In this document: piece after piece, positions 38,499 to 51,911 of the stretch
Position numbering within the stretch: position 1 is the first letter of the stretch
How the letters are laid out: every line of letters begins with the position of its first letter
NCBI GenBank assembly: GCA_030248215.1
Contig: JASANG010003765.1
Coordinates: forward strand, 124,001 to 188,000
DNA: 64,000 nucleotides
Reading direction: 5' to 3'
Source: Enoplolaimus lenunculus
Taxonomy: Eukaryota
Position numbers and translations under genes: made by a program
Notes under the pieces: model-generated
Told to the model about the DNA's origin: nothing
The model's input: only the letters and a program-made list of their open reading frames with translations
Database searches by the model: none

Positions 38499-38869
38499 GG
38501 ATAATGTAAAGATCAGGGGTGGAACGTTTTTCATCGGACCTGCAATAGAGAAAGTTTAAGCTTCAGTTTAATTTTTTGCGTAGGCTTAGGCTAAAGGCTT
38601 GGACTTAGGCTTAGATATAGGGTTATCCTTACGCTTAAGCTTAGGCTTACTGTAGTGACCCGAATAAGAAGGGGGTAATAAGAGGGAGTTCCATCAGTAA
38701 CGAAAAGTGACGGAGGGTGGGTTAAAAACAAAATAACAGTCCGTAACCTAATTACAAGGAGGATACCCTCTGGAGAGGTTAAACAAATATCAGTCCCCTC
38801 CACTCTTATTCGGGTCACTGCAGTAAAAATCTGCTTTGTACGGCTGCTGGCCTGTTCAACACATTGGCC
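38499..38869. mobile_element. Family B MITE interrupted by a family A element
   Basis: ggataatgtaaagatcaggggtggaacg ... acattggcc. TSD aacgtttc / aacatttc (7 of 8). Confidence 0.82.
38650..38823. mobile_element. Family A MITE, internally deleted, nested in family B
   Basis: ta|ctgtagtgacccgaataag ... cttattcgggtcactgcag|ta. Confidence 0.88.
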
Positions 38870-41800
38870 AACATTTCCGAGAAATGAAACTATTTTTGCG
38901 ATCATAACAAACAGTTAAATAGTATTATAAAACAACATAAAATATGCAAAAAATGTCTTTTCGGCATAAACGGTTTGTGATGACTGATGTACGACGATCT
39001 GTATGCAACATTAAAGACAGAAAATCATTTGAAAATTGGGCAACCGGTTTTGTATAAAATTATACATTTTAACCCAAATGTTTAGGCAGTCACAGCCCCT
39101 GCGGCATACAGGCCCAACATTTCACTCAATGCCAAAATAAACACAACGATTTCTGTGCGAAACCTACAACGAAACTAAAAAACAGCCGCGCGCGATACAC
39201 AGAGAAAGAAAGCTTAAAATGTTCAAAACAATAGTTCCTGTTTCGAATACAAAACAAAAACATTCACGTAAAAACGTTTCAAAAGCTTCTGATAAATTTT
39301 ACACATTTTCTCTGGCGCTAAGCGAAAAACAACTATACTCTCACAACTGAAAAATTGATTTTCAAGCAAAGCAAAATGAACGATAGCGCTGTTTGGTGTT
39401 TTACCCGGGCATCATCTATAAATATAAAATGAATAAACAACTGAAACTGCATTTTTTGTAGATTCTTTACAGGCCGCTGGAGCAATTGAGCGTTGTAGAG
39501 AGCTCATTTGCCAGCAAGTTTCAAAAAATATTGTGCTTTGGAATAGCTATAGCTAGCTTGGACGCTGCAACGAAATGCGCTTTAAAATTCGATGTTCACA
39601 AAAAAATTTTTACACAAAGAAATTACATAGCTAATACGGCAAGCGTTTTGACGAAAATTTTTCAAACAAAGACGCAAAATACACATAAACACACAATTTT
39701 TGGCTTTTATTTTATTCGCAATTAACTGTCGACGACGTAAACAGAGCAACACAAAAAACGCTCTTGAAAACAGAGAAACTTTTTGGCGAAAACTATTCGG
39801 CGTGACAAAATAAGGTAAACGCACGCAGAGCGCCTGGCTCGAGGCAGATAAAAAAAGCTCTTGCGCACACTTCAAAACAACAAAGAACGAGAGAAATCAA
39901 AGTTGGAAATTTATAACACATTTTTTGTGTGTTTACTCTTTTAATATTTTGATATTTCAGACTGTAGCTATTTTTAGCTTTTGATGTCAAACACCATATA
40001 CACCACGTGGCAAAGCTTCAGACTAAAATTCTGATTGCGTTCAACATTTGAATTAAAAAAAACGGAGATAAACTACAAATAAAGATAACGAATTAATGGT
40101 GGTAAGCAAATTTCGTTTAATTTTATAAAAATGAATTGGTGCTGGACTTTGAATATTTTATGCCATCCCATGTCCTGCAGTTCCGTTTGGAACCGTACGG
40201 CACCGGTAATGCGGAACCGCGCCGGCCGGCATTGCGTATTGTTATAAAAGGTTTTTATTTGTGAAGCCGAACGACGCACAACAAGTGCAGCGCCATTCCT
40301 GAGAGCAAATTTTATCGCTGAAGCAATACCTGCATCAACGTCGCTTCTTCAATTAATTAGTTTTCGCAAACGAGAATTAAGGCAGGAAACAAAAACAACA
40401 TTCATGACAATGAAAATTTGACGAGTTTTGACGGTATGCTGGCGATGCGGCGCCGTGCGTACCGTTCATCACCAAACGACATCGTACGTAATTAGCTTTC
40501 GAAACCGTACGGTAGCGGATAGCTATACAGAAAGCCACGCACGGCGCCCGATGGAGACAGACAGCGATGGACAGGCATGTCATTGAAAAGTATATGACCT
40601 ATGATGACCATAAAAGCGGCACTAGTATCAGGCTATCTGATATTGGGAAGTTGCACTTTTATGTTGTGTTGTGTTCTCTTAAACTCAGACATCGACCAGT
40701 ACATTCGTTTAATCAGAAACAAGTGCGAATGGTCTTTTTCGCAAAACATGTCATGAATGCAAAATAATGTGGAAGATGTGCAGTTGAACTATTTAATTTT
40801 TCACTCGTGAATCTACGTCATAACTGTACTAGGAACTGGTCAACTACGCATACCATTACTCTTTATAAACTTAAACTTAAATCTAAACTTGAATGTTAGT
40901 TTAAAAAACTTAAATGGCTGGACGGACTAACTAAATTTGAATTGTAAGTTTATTCAGACAAACATATTTTTGAGACGGCCGGGAGGCCGTCTCTTTTAAA
41001 CGCACTTTGTTGTCGGGCGTACCTATTTCAGAATTCTTGATATTTTTTGAGCCTTTAATATCCCGTCAGCTGGCATTTGTTTAGGATTTTAATGTAGCCA
41101 GCTAAAAGTTAAAATACTTTCAACTTTTGTCTGTAAAAAATCGAAGCTTTAAGTATTGCTCCAGAGAAAATGCCCCCCGTTTTAATGTAGTAGTTCCCCC
41201 GGAATAAAGGTAGAGCTTCATTTGCATGTACAGTTCATGCATTTACACAGAAACATTACAGTGTTTACGCGCTCATGAACCATATTGAACATATATACAT
41301 GTTTAAAATCCTATACAGAATTATGTATATATGCAACTATAATATATACATAAATGGAGTACTGCAGTTCCCTGTATGGTGCGATTGGTTAGCAGATCGG
41401 TTCAGTGTTCCTTAGGAACCACTCGGGTTCAACTCCTTTTTTGAGGTCTCTGGATTTCAAAGCCGTTTTCAGTCACTAATTATTTACGATGACAGGTTTT
41501 TCAAAATTTTCGCTAACCGTATTTTTGCGGCAAAGTCCGTAATACTTTTATGTCACGACATTACTCAATTTCTGGTATTTTCAGCCTCGAATTCAAAATT
41601 TATATTAATACAGAAGTTTCAGATATTGCCAAAATTAAACAGCTATTGGTCTTTTTTTATAAATTTTACCCACGTAGTCCAGGGTACAACCGAACAACAC
41701 AAAAAAAAATAAAAAAACAAAAAGAAAAATGTATGCCGCGAAAATTTTTTTGCAATTTTATTGGTGAAATAACCGTAGTTGGAGATAAGTAGGTATTCAC

Positions 41801-42743
41801 TTTGTTTTCTGTATTTTATATTTTCATAATCCATGGAAGCGAAATCTGCGTTCGATGGTTTATTTTCGGCGATTTTCATGGTTTATATACTATATTAATG
41901 AAATCTATTTCATTTTTATCGTCATTTATAGAAAATATTTTCATTTCCACCGATCAAAATTTAATACCGAAATTATTAATTCCGGTAAAAATTTATCGGC
42001 ACCAGAACAGGAAAGGTAAAAAAATGCCAGAACCGGAAATCCGGTCGCACCTTGATGTAGTCTTAATTTTGCCTATCATAAAGAGTTGCTTTAGTAGCAA
42101 AACAAATTCAACTTAGTATTTATTTTCTTCAATCTTAAAATAGATGTTCAAATACATACTAATAAGAATAGTCACTATAACGGGGCAGCGGAACACCCAA
42201 CAAGAAAAACGAGAAAAAAAAAGAACCCACCGGAAAAAACAAAAATAACAACAACATTCTCTATCGTTAAGTGTTCATATACGTGCCCCGTCTCCCTAGC
42301 CGTTTTAGGAACTGCTTGTTAAGTATAACTCGGTTTTAAATTAAACTAATTTCTGCAACGAGTTCAGCACAGAAATTATTTATGTATATCTAAGAATTCA
42401 TTAAGTTTATCTTAACCTAAAAATGTATGAGATTTTAAACAAGTTTAAGCGTAAAACCTACCTAATAGTTTGGTAAATCTAGAAGTTAGTTTAATGCTGG
42501 TGGACTATCTCAAGCTTAAATCAAGTTAGTTTAAGCTTTTAGAGAGCAGGATAAGATTTATTCTGTGAAAGGCCAATAGGTAAGTATGTGTATTCTGTAA
42601 CAAAAATCAAGTCGGTGGCAAAATCTATATTTTGGTGTAACGATTCCTACAATTATCCAGCGTAATTATTATTAACCATAAATGTATATATTTGTTGAAT
42701 CATTGAAACGATTTTTCTTTCAGTTGTTGTCGTTGTACTAGTG

Positions 42744-43145
42744 CTGTAGTGACCCGAATAAGAGGAGGGCAATAAGAGGGGGTCCTCATCTTAAGTCCCA
42801 ATCAATAGGAGTCTGTATCCGTAATAAGAGTCCATAAATGTCAATTTTCCGCAATTGTAATCCATAAATGACTCCAGGGCCAAATAATTTGAGTTCGAAA
42901 CTTTAAAGCGCACTTAAATTTTGAAAGTAAATTCATAAGTATAACCTTGCATTATCGCTGAAGCTATTGATACAAGACAAACGTTTAATTCAACGGATGG
43001 TTGCAGTACCGGATATATAAAAGTAACAAAGGGCGGCGGAGCGTGGATTGAAAACAAATACCTGTCCGTAACCAAATAGGAGTGCGGTACCCTCTGGAGA
43101 GGCCAAATAAATATCAGTCTCCCCCTCTTATTCGGGTCACTACAG
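42744..43145. mobile_element. Family A MITE (Tc1/mariner-superfamily-like, TA target)
   Basis: TIR ctgtagtgacccgaataagagg / cctcttattcgggtcactacag. Confidence 0.92.
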
Positions 43146-44335
43146 TATGCTCGTGTGTTTGTTTGCCGGTATTAACTTAGGTCGTTTCGAAGAATCAATT
43201 ATTTTCTGAAATAACAGATGTATTATCTGCATCTAACAGTTCGCAACTCATAGGAAGGGTGTAAGAGGTGACGATCGGCTCCACCTCACGTTGTGACTTT
43301 TGTTCAGTTTATGGTTTTAAAATCTTTCTTTCAGTTACCAGAAACTACCTCATCAGCAATTTTATATAACGGTACCTGCTTTTAAAATACTGACCACGCC
43401 TCGGATATATAATGAAGATTCTTTAATATCTATGTTGAAGAAATTATAAAGCGAACGGTGCAAATTTGTTTGATGTTTACCTATAAACAATAATTACTTT
43501 TCATGCTTTGATTTTAAAATGGCATGATACCTAATTGTCAAAAATGAAATAGTGTAAATACTTATTAAAATAAATTAATTTCAGTGTATTTAATTCGCAG
43601 ATATACGAGGAAGCCTACAGGTATACAGATTCCTAAAATTTTGTGCTACCTAGGTTCATATAGGCTTAAATAGCTACAACAACCATCACATCTATACTAA
43701 GTTTTCGACTCTTTGCATACTATCCCTTCACATTTACAATTAAGTCTTAGGCTAGGTAAAAGCTTATAATAGGTAAGCCATTTCCTAAAACAAATGTAAG
43801 AATGCCTAAAGTGTGTTGGGGGAAGTGTACAACAGTTAACTTTTCTCCTGCCGAGGTCCATATTGCCTCCTGAAACAGTTTGCAACAATCATCGCAGCGC
43901 AGCTGGCAGTAGATTTCCATATATGGGATCTACGAGCTCGCTAGAGTTGTGCCACATGCGTGATCTACGTTATCTTTAAGTCTGTTGAAAAACCGACTCA
44001 CAATTTACCACTAAGTAATTTATTTTCACCATAAATTTTAAGTGGCAGAAGTATATACACACAAATTGTCTTGAAATTTCAATACTCCTACATTTTTTAA
44101 ATTTTCAAAACATAAACATCCAGATTTCAGTTATTAATGGCCTTAAACAGATCAGAAATTTGTGTCTAAATTTAATAAAACGTAAAGGTCTAATATTCAA
44201 AAAATTCTGCTGCCCTGCCAATTTATGACATAAATTTCTTCCTTTCAAGAAATGGTTGTCTTATTTTCAGGAGTTAATTTTCTGATTTTTACGCATGTAA
44301 AGTAGTTGGTTTGCTTATATTCTTACGAATGTATA

Positions 44336-44778
44336 CCGCAGTGACCCTAATAAGAGGGGAACTGATACTTATTTGGCCTCTCCAGAAGGTATCCCCTGTT
44401 ATTCGGTACGGACTGTTATTTATTGTAGCTCAGGCTCCGCCACCCTTCGTTACTGATATATATATATACGGTACTGCAACGATGCGGTGAATTAAAGTTT
44501 TATTGGTCTTGTGTCAACAGCTTGAGCGATAATGCAAGTTTATACTGAGGAATGTTCTTTCAAAACTTAAGTACGCTTTATAACGTTTCGAACTCAAATT
44601 ATTTGGTCCTGGCGTCGTTTATGTGCTAGAGTTAGGGAGAGACAATTGACATTTATTTACTTTAAATAGGGTTTAGGGACTCAATCTGCTTACGGATTCT
44701 TAATACGGATTCATATTGAATGGGACCGAAAATGGGGACCCCCTCTTATTACCCCGCCCTTTATTCTGGTCACTACAG
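44336..44778. mobile_element. Family A MITE (opposite orientation)
   Basis: ta|ccgcagtgaccctaataagagg ... ttattctggtcactacag|ta. Confidence 0.9.
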
Positions 44779-45644
44779 TATAAATATATAATCAAAGTTT
44801 AAGGAAATTTCGGGTTGAGCTCAGACGCTCTCCAACCTAAGGTTACGTCTTGGAGGTGTGTTAGGTTGTAAAATTACGTTATATATTCGGTTGGGCTTTA
44901 GCCCCTAATTTTAGAGTTGGTTTCCCTGGCAAATTTTCTTGTATTTAAGACATACTTGTGTTATATTTCAGAAGAATTTGTCTTAAAGTTCAGAAATTTT
45001 TGTCTTAGTCGTTTATGAAACAAAGTCTGAAATTTCAGACTTTTAAATCTGAAACTTTCAGATCCATATTTATGAAAAATTTAAGAAATAAGTCTATAAA
45101 TTTAAGACATATATGTCTGGTGCAGGGTGGAAACGCCTAAACGGATAATGAAAATAATGGAAACGGATAGGGATCAAAATAACGGAGACGTATACGGATA
45201 TTGAAGTATAAAAGTTTCAAAGATGTTTTATTTTTCTGCCAACACAATAGAAATGTGCAAATATTTTCCGCGCTTTTAAAATTTTTAAGCGGATGCATCT
45301 AAATTTCAAAGAGTTTGGATGAATTTCGTAATTTTTATTTCATTTCGAACAATTGCAGCATATCTGTAATGAAATATTGCCAGATATATACGCGATATCA
45401 TTAATAAAACCACATATTAAGTTAGATTTTAGAAACCCAGCATTGTTCGCTTAGGAATTAGCTAGCATCGAACAGTACGATGAACAACACAATAAAGTCT
45501 TTAATGAAGGTTCTCGGTAGATGAAATACTGTAGGCTTGGGTTACCCACACAAAGACATTTTTAAAAGCACGCTTTTAAAATGCGGCCACAAAATATCAG
45601 AATAAGAAATAAAAAAATCAGCAAACCAGCAAATCTATGCTCTA

Positions 45645-46074
45645 TTGTAGCGACACGAATAAGAGGAGGTAATAAGAGGGGTCCGATCTCGAGCCCAATC
45701 ACAATAGGAGTCCGTATTTCTAATAAGAGTCTGTAGCTGTAAACCTTAGCTAGAGTACATAGCTATGAATTATTCCTGACTGTAGGGCATAAATGACTCC
45801 AGGAGCAAATAAAGTTGAGTTCGATACTTTAAAGCATACTTTATGATTTGAAAGTACATTCTTAAGTATAACCTTGCATTATCGCTCAAATTTTTGATAC
45901 CAGACGAAAATGTTTAATTCAGAGGATAGTTGCCATACCGGATATATGTCAGTAACGAAGGGTGGCGGATGGCTGGTTGAAAATAAATGACAGTCCGTGA
46001 CTGATTATGACAGGGGGGAACCCTCTGGAACAACAAAACAAATATCAGTCCCCGTCTTGTTCGGGTCACTACAG
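45645..46074. mobile_element. Family A MITE
   Basis: ta|ttgtagcgacacgaataagagg ... tcttgttcgggtcactacag|ta. Confidence 0.9.
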
Positions 46075-46350
46075 TAGGTGCGTTTATTTTTTTATTAATT
46101 TGGGCTGTTTACGTTTTTGCTTTAAAATTTGTTGTTGATGAAACAGTGACAGATGACGAAGGTCTCAGTAGGAAATCAGGGATCGACGATTTGATCTGAT
46201 CTTTTCCCTGTAAAAGTTTTTCAAATCATAACACAAATATGCCAAGAGGCTTGTAATCGACAAAATATAGTAAAGTCCGTCTATAGTCGGTACGTTTAGC
46301 CATTGTGTATGTTTGCTGTATGCTGTTCATTTAATGTCCACAAATTTACT

Positions 46351-46826
46351 TGGTGTCTTTTCCGTTATCCCCCAGCCCGCGTTTAGCCAAAATGGTTGGA
46401 TTTTGAAAATTTTTGAATATTTGAACTGTTCATGACGGTCCCCTGCTCATTCCACGCCTAAATTTGAATTATTGGAAAATTCCATTTTGTAACGACCTAA
46501 GTTTCCGTGTTGGGACCCAAAAATTTTTTTGTCAAAAAGTTTGACAAATTATATAACATTCGATGCAGCTTTTGGTGCTGACTCCAGCGGCGTTAAACTT
46601 TTCGCAATCAAACGATTGGTTAATGAGTTATTATCAAATAACTGATTTGGCGCGCTGCCAACGATTTGGGACAGCCCCAACTCAGTTATTTAACCATAAT
46701 GCGTTATCCAACGGCAAAATAACGAAAAATTTAACACCATTCGATTCAGCTCTTCAAGCAGCATCAAATGATGCCATAATTTGTCAAACTTTTGGACAAA
46801 AAATTTTGGGTCCCAAATGGAGACCA
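46351..46826. mobile_element. Family C element copy
   Basis: Colinear with 35492..35970, including the long palindrome. Confidence 0.78.
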
Positions 46827-47059
46827 CTGGTGTGAGGTGGCTCTGATTGAAATCTACCGCTATAAGCATAGGTAAAAGGCTTCGGCATAAAGCCTATAGT
46901 CAACTATTTTATAGTTTCGCGGCCAAACGGGACGCTCGTAAAAGTACTACATGGGCCAAGTTCTTGAATTTTCTTAAATTTCTGAAGATTTCTTCCAGTC
47001 TAGTAAGAAATTGAATATTAAAAATTTTCAGTTTTTTACTTTTGAGGAGGTGTAGGCCT

Positions 47060-47290
47060 GCATAAGCTTAGGTCTAACCTTCAAGGATTGAGGTTTGACT
47101 TACTATAGACATAGTTACACACAGGGCTTAGGTTACCACTTCGGCTAAACCTTAAACTTAGTCTTAAAGGCTTATGCATCAGCTTCGGCTAAGGCTCTGA
47201 CATAAATACTGATAGTTAAGAATAGGCATAGGCTTAAGCGTAAACTTGATGTCGGTTTAGGCTACGCTAGGCTCAAGTTTAGGCCAAAGC
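47060..47290. repeat. Degenerate TTAGGC-variant tract
   Basis: Runs of ttaggc/ttaggt/ttcggc/ataggc hexamers. Confidence 0.6.
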
Positions 47291-48157
47291 ACCTGCTACA
47301 TTCAAAAACCCAATCCTACTTACGATCATATTTCACCAAAATCCCACCTGGCGCCGCAAATTGACTATAAATGTATGTATTGCCACAATTTTGGGACGGT
47401 ACCGAGGTTAATATAGGCTGATAGATAAATAAAATTTCACAAAAAAAGGAACTAATTAAACTAAATTCTGATGTGTTGACACTATACACGCAAATGTTGG
47501 CTATACAAATGTCCGTCAACCTTGCACGAGTGTGCAGAAAGATGGTTCAAATGGCAGTGTATCGGCTTTGGAAAACTCTTAAACTATACTACAAAAGAAA
47601 CTTTGAATTTTCTCGAAACATCACCCCTTCCTTTTCAATTAAAATTTAAAAACATAATCCAATTATTGTGCTCGCGTAGCCATAAAAACAGCCAACGAAA
47701 ACATTAAACGGCCTAAACAAAACATTTACCAAAACTGTAGACTTTGCAAGAGTGCTGACAACAGACGAGTTTACTATTGCAGGACAAATTTTAACGTACC
47801 TACTTGTTAGAAAATTTTCTACATTTGCCGTAATAAAATTCACCTGATGGATAAGTATATATAAGCCGTGGGTTAAAAAATTATCAACCCATGTTTGATT
47901 ACGCCTCAGCATAAACCTTAAGCCAGGGTACAATCAGAGGTCTGCCTCCGGTAGCATTTTTGCCGGAGAATCGGGTAATATTGGTACGTAGTGAAATTTT
48001 GCTTAGTTTTGCAAAATTTATCTTTTTGGCGTGTATCGTTTTAACTTTTGGCACATTGAGAAAAAATGTCAAGATTTCGTAAAAACTGCGCGTAAAACCA
48101 AACCACTTAACAACAGATTACAGAAATTTGCTAAAATTTAGCAAATTTAACGTTATT

Positions 48158-48521
48158 TTAACTGAATAATTTCGCCTCACTTTGGCTCTCTCCCGGTTCC
48201 GGATCCGGTAAGTTTTGTTGCGTACGATTATTAAGCTTGCACCCAAGCCTAAGTCTATATCTACGCAGAAAAACGTTCCACCCCTGATTTTTACATTGTC
48301 CGGTTTCGCTTACCAGTTCAGTATAAACAAACCGGCTCAGGCGGCGCCAGAAACTTCGATAGCAGTCAAGATCATTGTGTCCACCGCCGCTAATCCATAA
48401 CGGTGCAACGCTGTTAGGGCACGTTTCGTACAATCGAAGGCCGTTTTTAAAATGTACCACTTTATCATCAGTTCCATGGATGACCAACGTTGGACAAACG
48501 ACCGAGTGAATTTTACTGATG
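48158..48521 (-). CDS. ABHD17: ABHD17-like exon 4 (catalytic Asp and His); may instead end at donor 48314
   Basis: ISKIHSVVCPTLVIHGTDDKVVHF...LWISGGGHNDL...RLSRFV. tttaag acceptor in phase 2 matches the upstream donor. The 3' end is ambiguous (ctg|gtaagc at 48314). Confidence 0.9.
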
Positions 48522-49685
48522 CTTAAAACAGCTTAAATTCTCAGGAAAAAGCGTAGACACTGGCGTTGACGTATATATAGGTTTAGGCTTAGCAAAGCGT
48601 TTCCTAAAGCCGTTTTGGCTAAAACCAGGAAAATATAGAGATACAAAACATATTTTTCACCACTTATCCAACGGAAGACTTTGACTCTGCGTTTAAAATT
48701 AACAATTTTTATACAATATAATCCATGCAATTAGTTGCACTGCTAAGAATCAAATTTTTGTCGACCTCGCCCCAGCGCGGTCGTGATTAGATGGTTGTTC
48801 GATAGTTTTGAATTTGCATATGCCCGCGGATGCTCAGCGGTAATGTATTATTAATATTGTGAATTGTAACATGTTGCAGACAATAAATACATTCATCGGA
48901 TAGACCGCATGTGTTGCATGTTGCTGTTTTACGTTGTCAAGTGTAGGTATATATTTCTACACTACACCCTTCCCCCAAAACTTAGGCGTGCCTTGGGCCT
49001 ACAAGTACAACGAGTAAACATAGGTATAAACAGACTACGGTGATACTTAATTATAAACAAGTTCGAAGCAGCGGGTCTGTAGTCAAGGGGATTAGCCAGC
49101 ATTCTTGGATGGGTAAATAAATTTCAGAGAATCGCTAGGTCATATAAAAACCTTAGGTTTTTAGTTTTGTTAAGCAGTCTACCTTCTGAGCCGGTCGTTT
49201 GCCAGATGATATATAAAAACCTTGTTATGCATTGTCTTAAAATAAAGCAACGCGAAAAATAGTCGTAGCGATTCACAGAATCTGAGCATTGTGCAAAAGG
49301 TGCAGTTCGTACACTGACACAAATTTCAATGCCGAAGTTGTTTGCATAAGGTTTCACTTGTCTGAAGTATTTTAACGCCTCGACGTTAACCACCAGTCAA
49401 AAGTTTCCCGTACGCTGGCATTCTCAACTGTTTGTAGCACGAAAAGTAGATAATTGTTCTTTAGAACACGAGTATATAAGCAACTTAAAGGGGACTTGGT
49501 ACGCCCTCCTGATTACGCGTGGTTCAGAATTATTTTGGTTAGAATTGGAGCCACTCAACAAAACGAAAAAGTTTGGTTAATTAGGTCTTCTAAATAAACA
49601 GTATGGTGCCCGATTATAAAATGCCAGCGCAAATTTTTAGTGTGAGCCTTTAGCCCTAGCGGTGCTAACAAATCAATGTACCTAC

Positions 49686-50325
49686 TTTAAAAACATATCG
49701 ATACAACTACAACAATCATCCGATTTATCTGGACACACTGAACGCAACGCAGACATAATCGGCGCGTGCAAAATAAGCCCGCAAATATCGCGTTGCGTCG
49801 ACGCCAAATACACACTTGGCACTGAGCCAATTGATTGACCGTACAACACAATGTTTTCCGGTGCCAAATGATATCGTGCGCAAAGTTCTCCAAAAACAAT
49901 TTCAATATCGGTACACATTTGCGCATCAGACGGCGTACCATTACTTTGTCCGTATCCACTGTAATCGTACGTAGCAATGTCACAAATTAAACTTTCACTA
50001 ATGTAAACCAATGGTAATATTAACGTCCCAATATCTTGTGCGTTACCGTGCGAGTATAAAATGGTAAATTGAGGCACCCGTGAGCAATGATAGTAAAGCA
50101 TCGCTATACGTGATTTAGCGGCGCCAGCGGACCGAAAACAGCTAGAACGGGCGCACAGCGGAGTGCATAGTAGCGATTTTGTTGCGGCGCCAACAGAGTT
50201 GCCTGCAACAGTTGTGGGCTGGCGGTTGGAAGTTGCGAACACAAAATCAAAACATTGAAGTGTAGTTTCTGACAGGTCGGCGACTAAACGATGCGCAACT
50301 CCGAATACGTGCATGCTGTAGATGC
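49686..50325 (-). CDS. ABHD17: ABHD17-like exon 3: alpha/beta-hydrolase core
   Basis: TILYSHGNAQDIG, YDYSGYGQSNG and nucleophile motif LYGQSIGSVP. ttttag acceptor (phase 1), aa|gtagg donor (phase 2). Confidence 0.95.
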
Positions 50326-50903
50326 CTAAAATTGTGGCGTTATATTATGTTGGAGTGCCTCAAAAATGTAGCATTTCAATGGTTGATGGTGAGCGATAAG
50401 GTGCAACAAGGCGCATAGGTACAAAAAGGGGATAAGGTGGATATTTCACTCATGAGATTTTCTGGAATGACGAGAAAAATCGGCACTTTTAGGGAAATTA
50501 GCCTACCGGATGCTAGAGTTTAAAGATATATACTAACTATGAAATTTTCCATTAACAATAAAGTTATTCCTTCCCGAAACGTTATCCAGACACTAGACTA
50601 TGATACTGCTTCCAACCGGAAGTAACAAAATTGAAACTGTAAGATCAACAAAATTATTCATAGTTAGTGTCTGATCGGAAGCACATTTTTGAATGTACCC
50701 AAGAGCGTATGCACGAAGTTTGCAATTTGTACGGTCGGTGGCATCTTGCTAGTTTTCCAACATTTTTCATTATAAATAACACACTCCCGTATGCTGTTGG
50801 CTGTTGGCCAATCGGTATTGTAATAATGAAAAATACAGGAGGGAGTAGGAGTACGTTAGCCACTGCTATTTTTTTAATCCAATTGAGCTGCATCAAGAAT
50901 TTC

Positions 50904-51116
50904 GGCCCATGTAAAGATCAGTGGCGGAACGTTTTTCATTGAGATTACAATAGAATAAGCTTAAGCTTTAGACTATTTTTTGCTTGGCTTAGGCTTAGGC
51001 TTAGGCTTACGCCTAGGAATATGCTCATTCTTACGCTTAGGCTTTTAGGCTTAGGCTCACATTTACGCTTAGGCATATGCGTATAATACTGTTCGCCCCT
51101 GTTCTTTACATTGGCC
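50904..51116. mobile_element. Family B MITE (8-bp TSD), best-preserved copy
   Basis: TIR ggcccatgtaaaga / tctttacattggcc. Perfect TSD agaatttc. Contains (ttaggc)3 plus variants. Confidence 0.92.
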
Positions 51117-51911
51117 AGAATTTCTAGGGTAAAAGATTATTTCGTCGCTTTACATCAAGCACAAATCGGTAGGTAAATGCTACCGCAAACTTCTACAATA
51201 CTTTACTGTATACTTTTTTCTACACAAGGGTTTTGTCAAACTAACCCAGTGTTGAGCGCATATGCATGAGACATGCTTGTCCGCTAGTATATACGCATGC
51301 AATATAGTGCAGTGCACTGTACGTATACGCGACAGCTTACCCGTACTTTCCCCTCACAAGGGAAAACTTCGCCCTGTCCCTCAATAAAAAATTTTCTTCA
51401 TTTGGGTACTCAGAGGATCTGCCACACTCTGACCAACAAGCAGGTTCACGGGACTCTAAGAAGGCTGCGAGCTGTTGCCCACATTCTCCACACAAAGCAA
51501 TTCATTATTGGAGCACATGAAATCTCTAGGAACATTTGCATTGTGTTTTTGGCGTAGTAGCATGAGAACCACTTAGCGCGGGGACCTTGGGGTGGCAGCC
51601 TCCTTCGAGCTTAGTGTTCCTCACGCCTGAATGGGAAGTAAAAGAAGTTATCCTACTAATTTAGGATGTCCCATGTATGTATTATATTGACAACGAAAAA
51701 TGAACTGAAATGTTCTCCCATTCTTACATTTGTGCCGCCGATCTGTATGCCTGCATTTTCAGCTGCTTAATAAAAAAGTCGGAGTCTCGATTCCAACCTA
51801 GACTGACATGGGGCTACAGGGTGAACGCAATGGTAAATTGCCGCGCTATGAACGCAGTATTCGATCGAGAATAAGATTCACGGTCAAAGGTCGACCTTGC
51901 TAAAAATTGGG

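Noticed and set aside
31878..43360. Hammerhead ribozyme cores (CTGATGA...GAAA) near 31894 (+) and 43350 (-)
   Set aside because: The required stems I-III cannot be formed around the conserved boxes.
50985..51010. True interstitial telomere or chromosome fusion scar
   Set aside because: Only about three perfect units, enclosed by TIRs and a TSD, so part of a MITE.
51340..51730. Possible LINE 3' fragment (VAHIL motif in ORF 51297..51557)
   Set aside because: No RT or complete CCHC motif is recognisable. Too degenerate to call.
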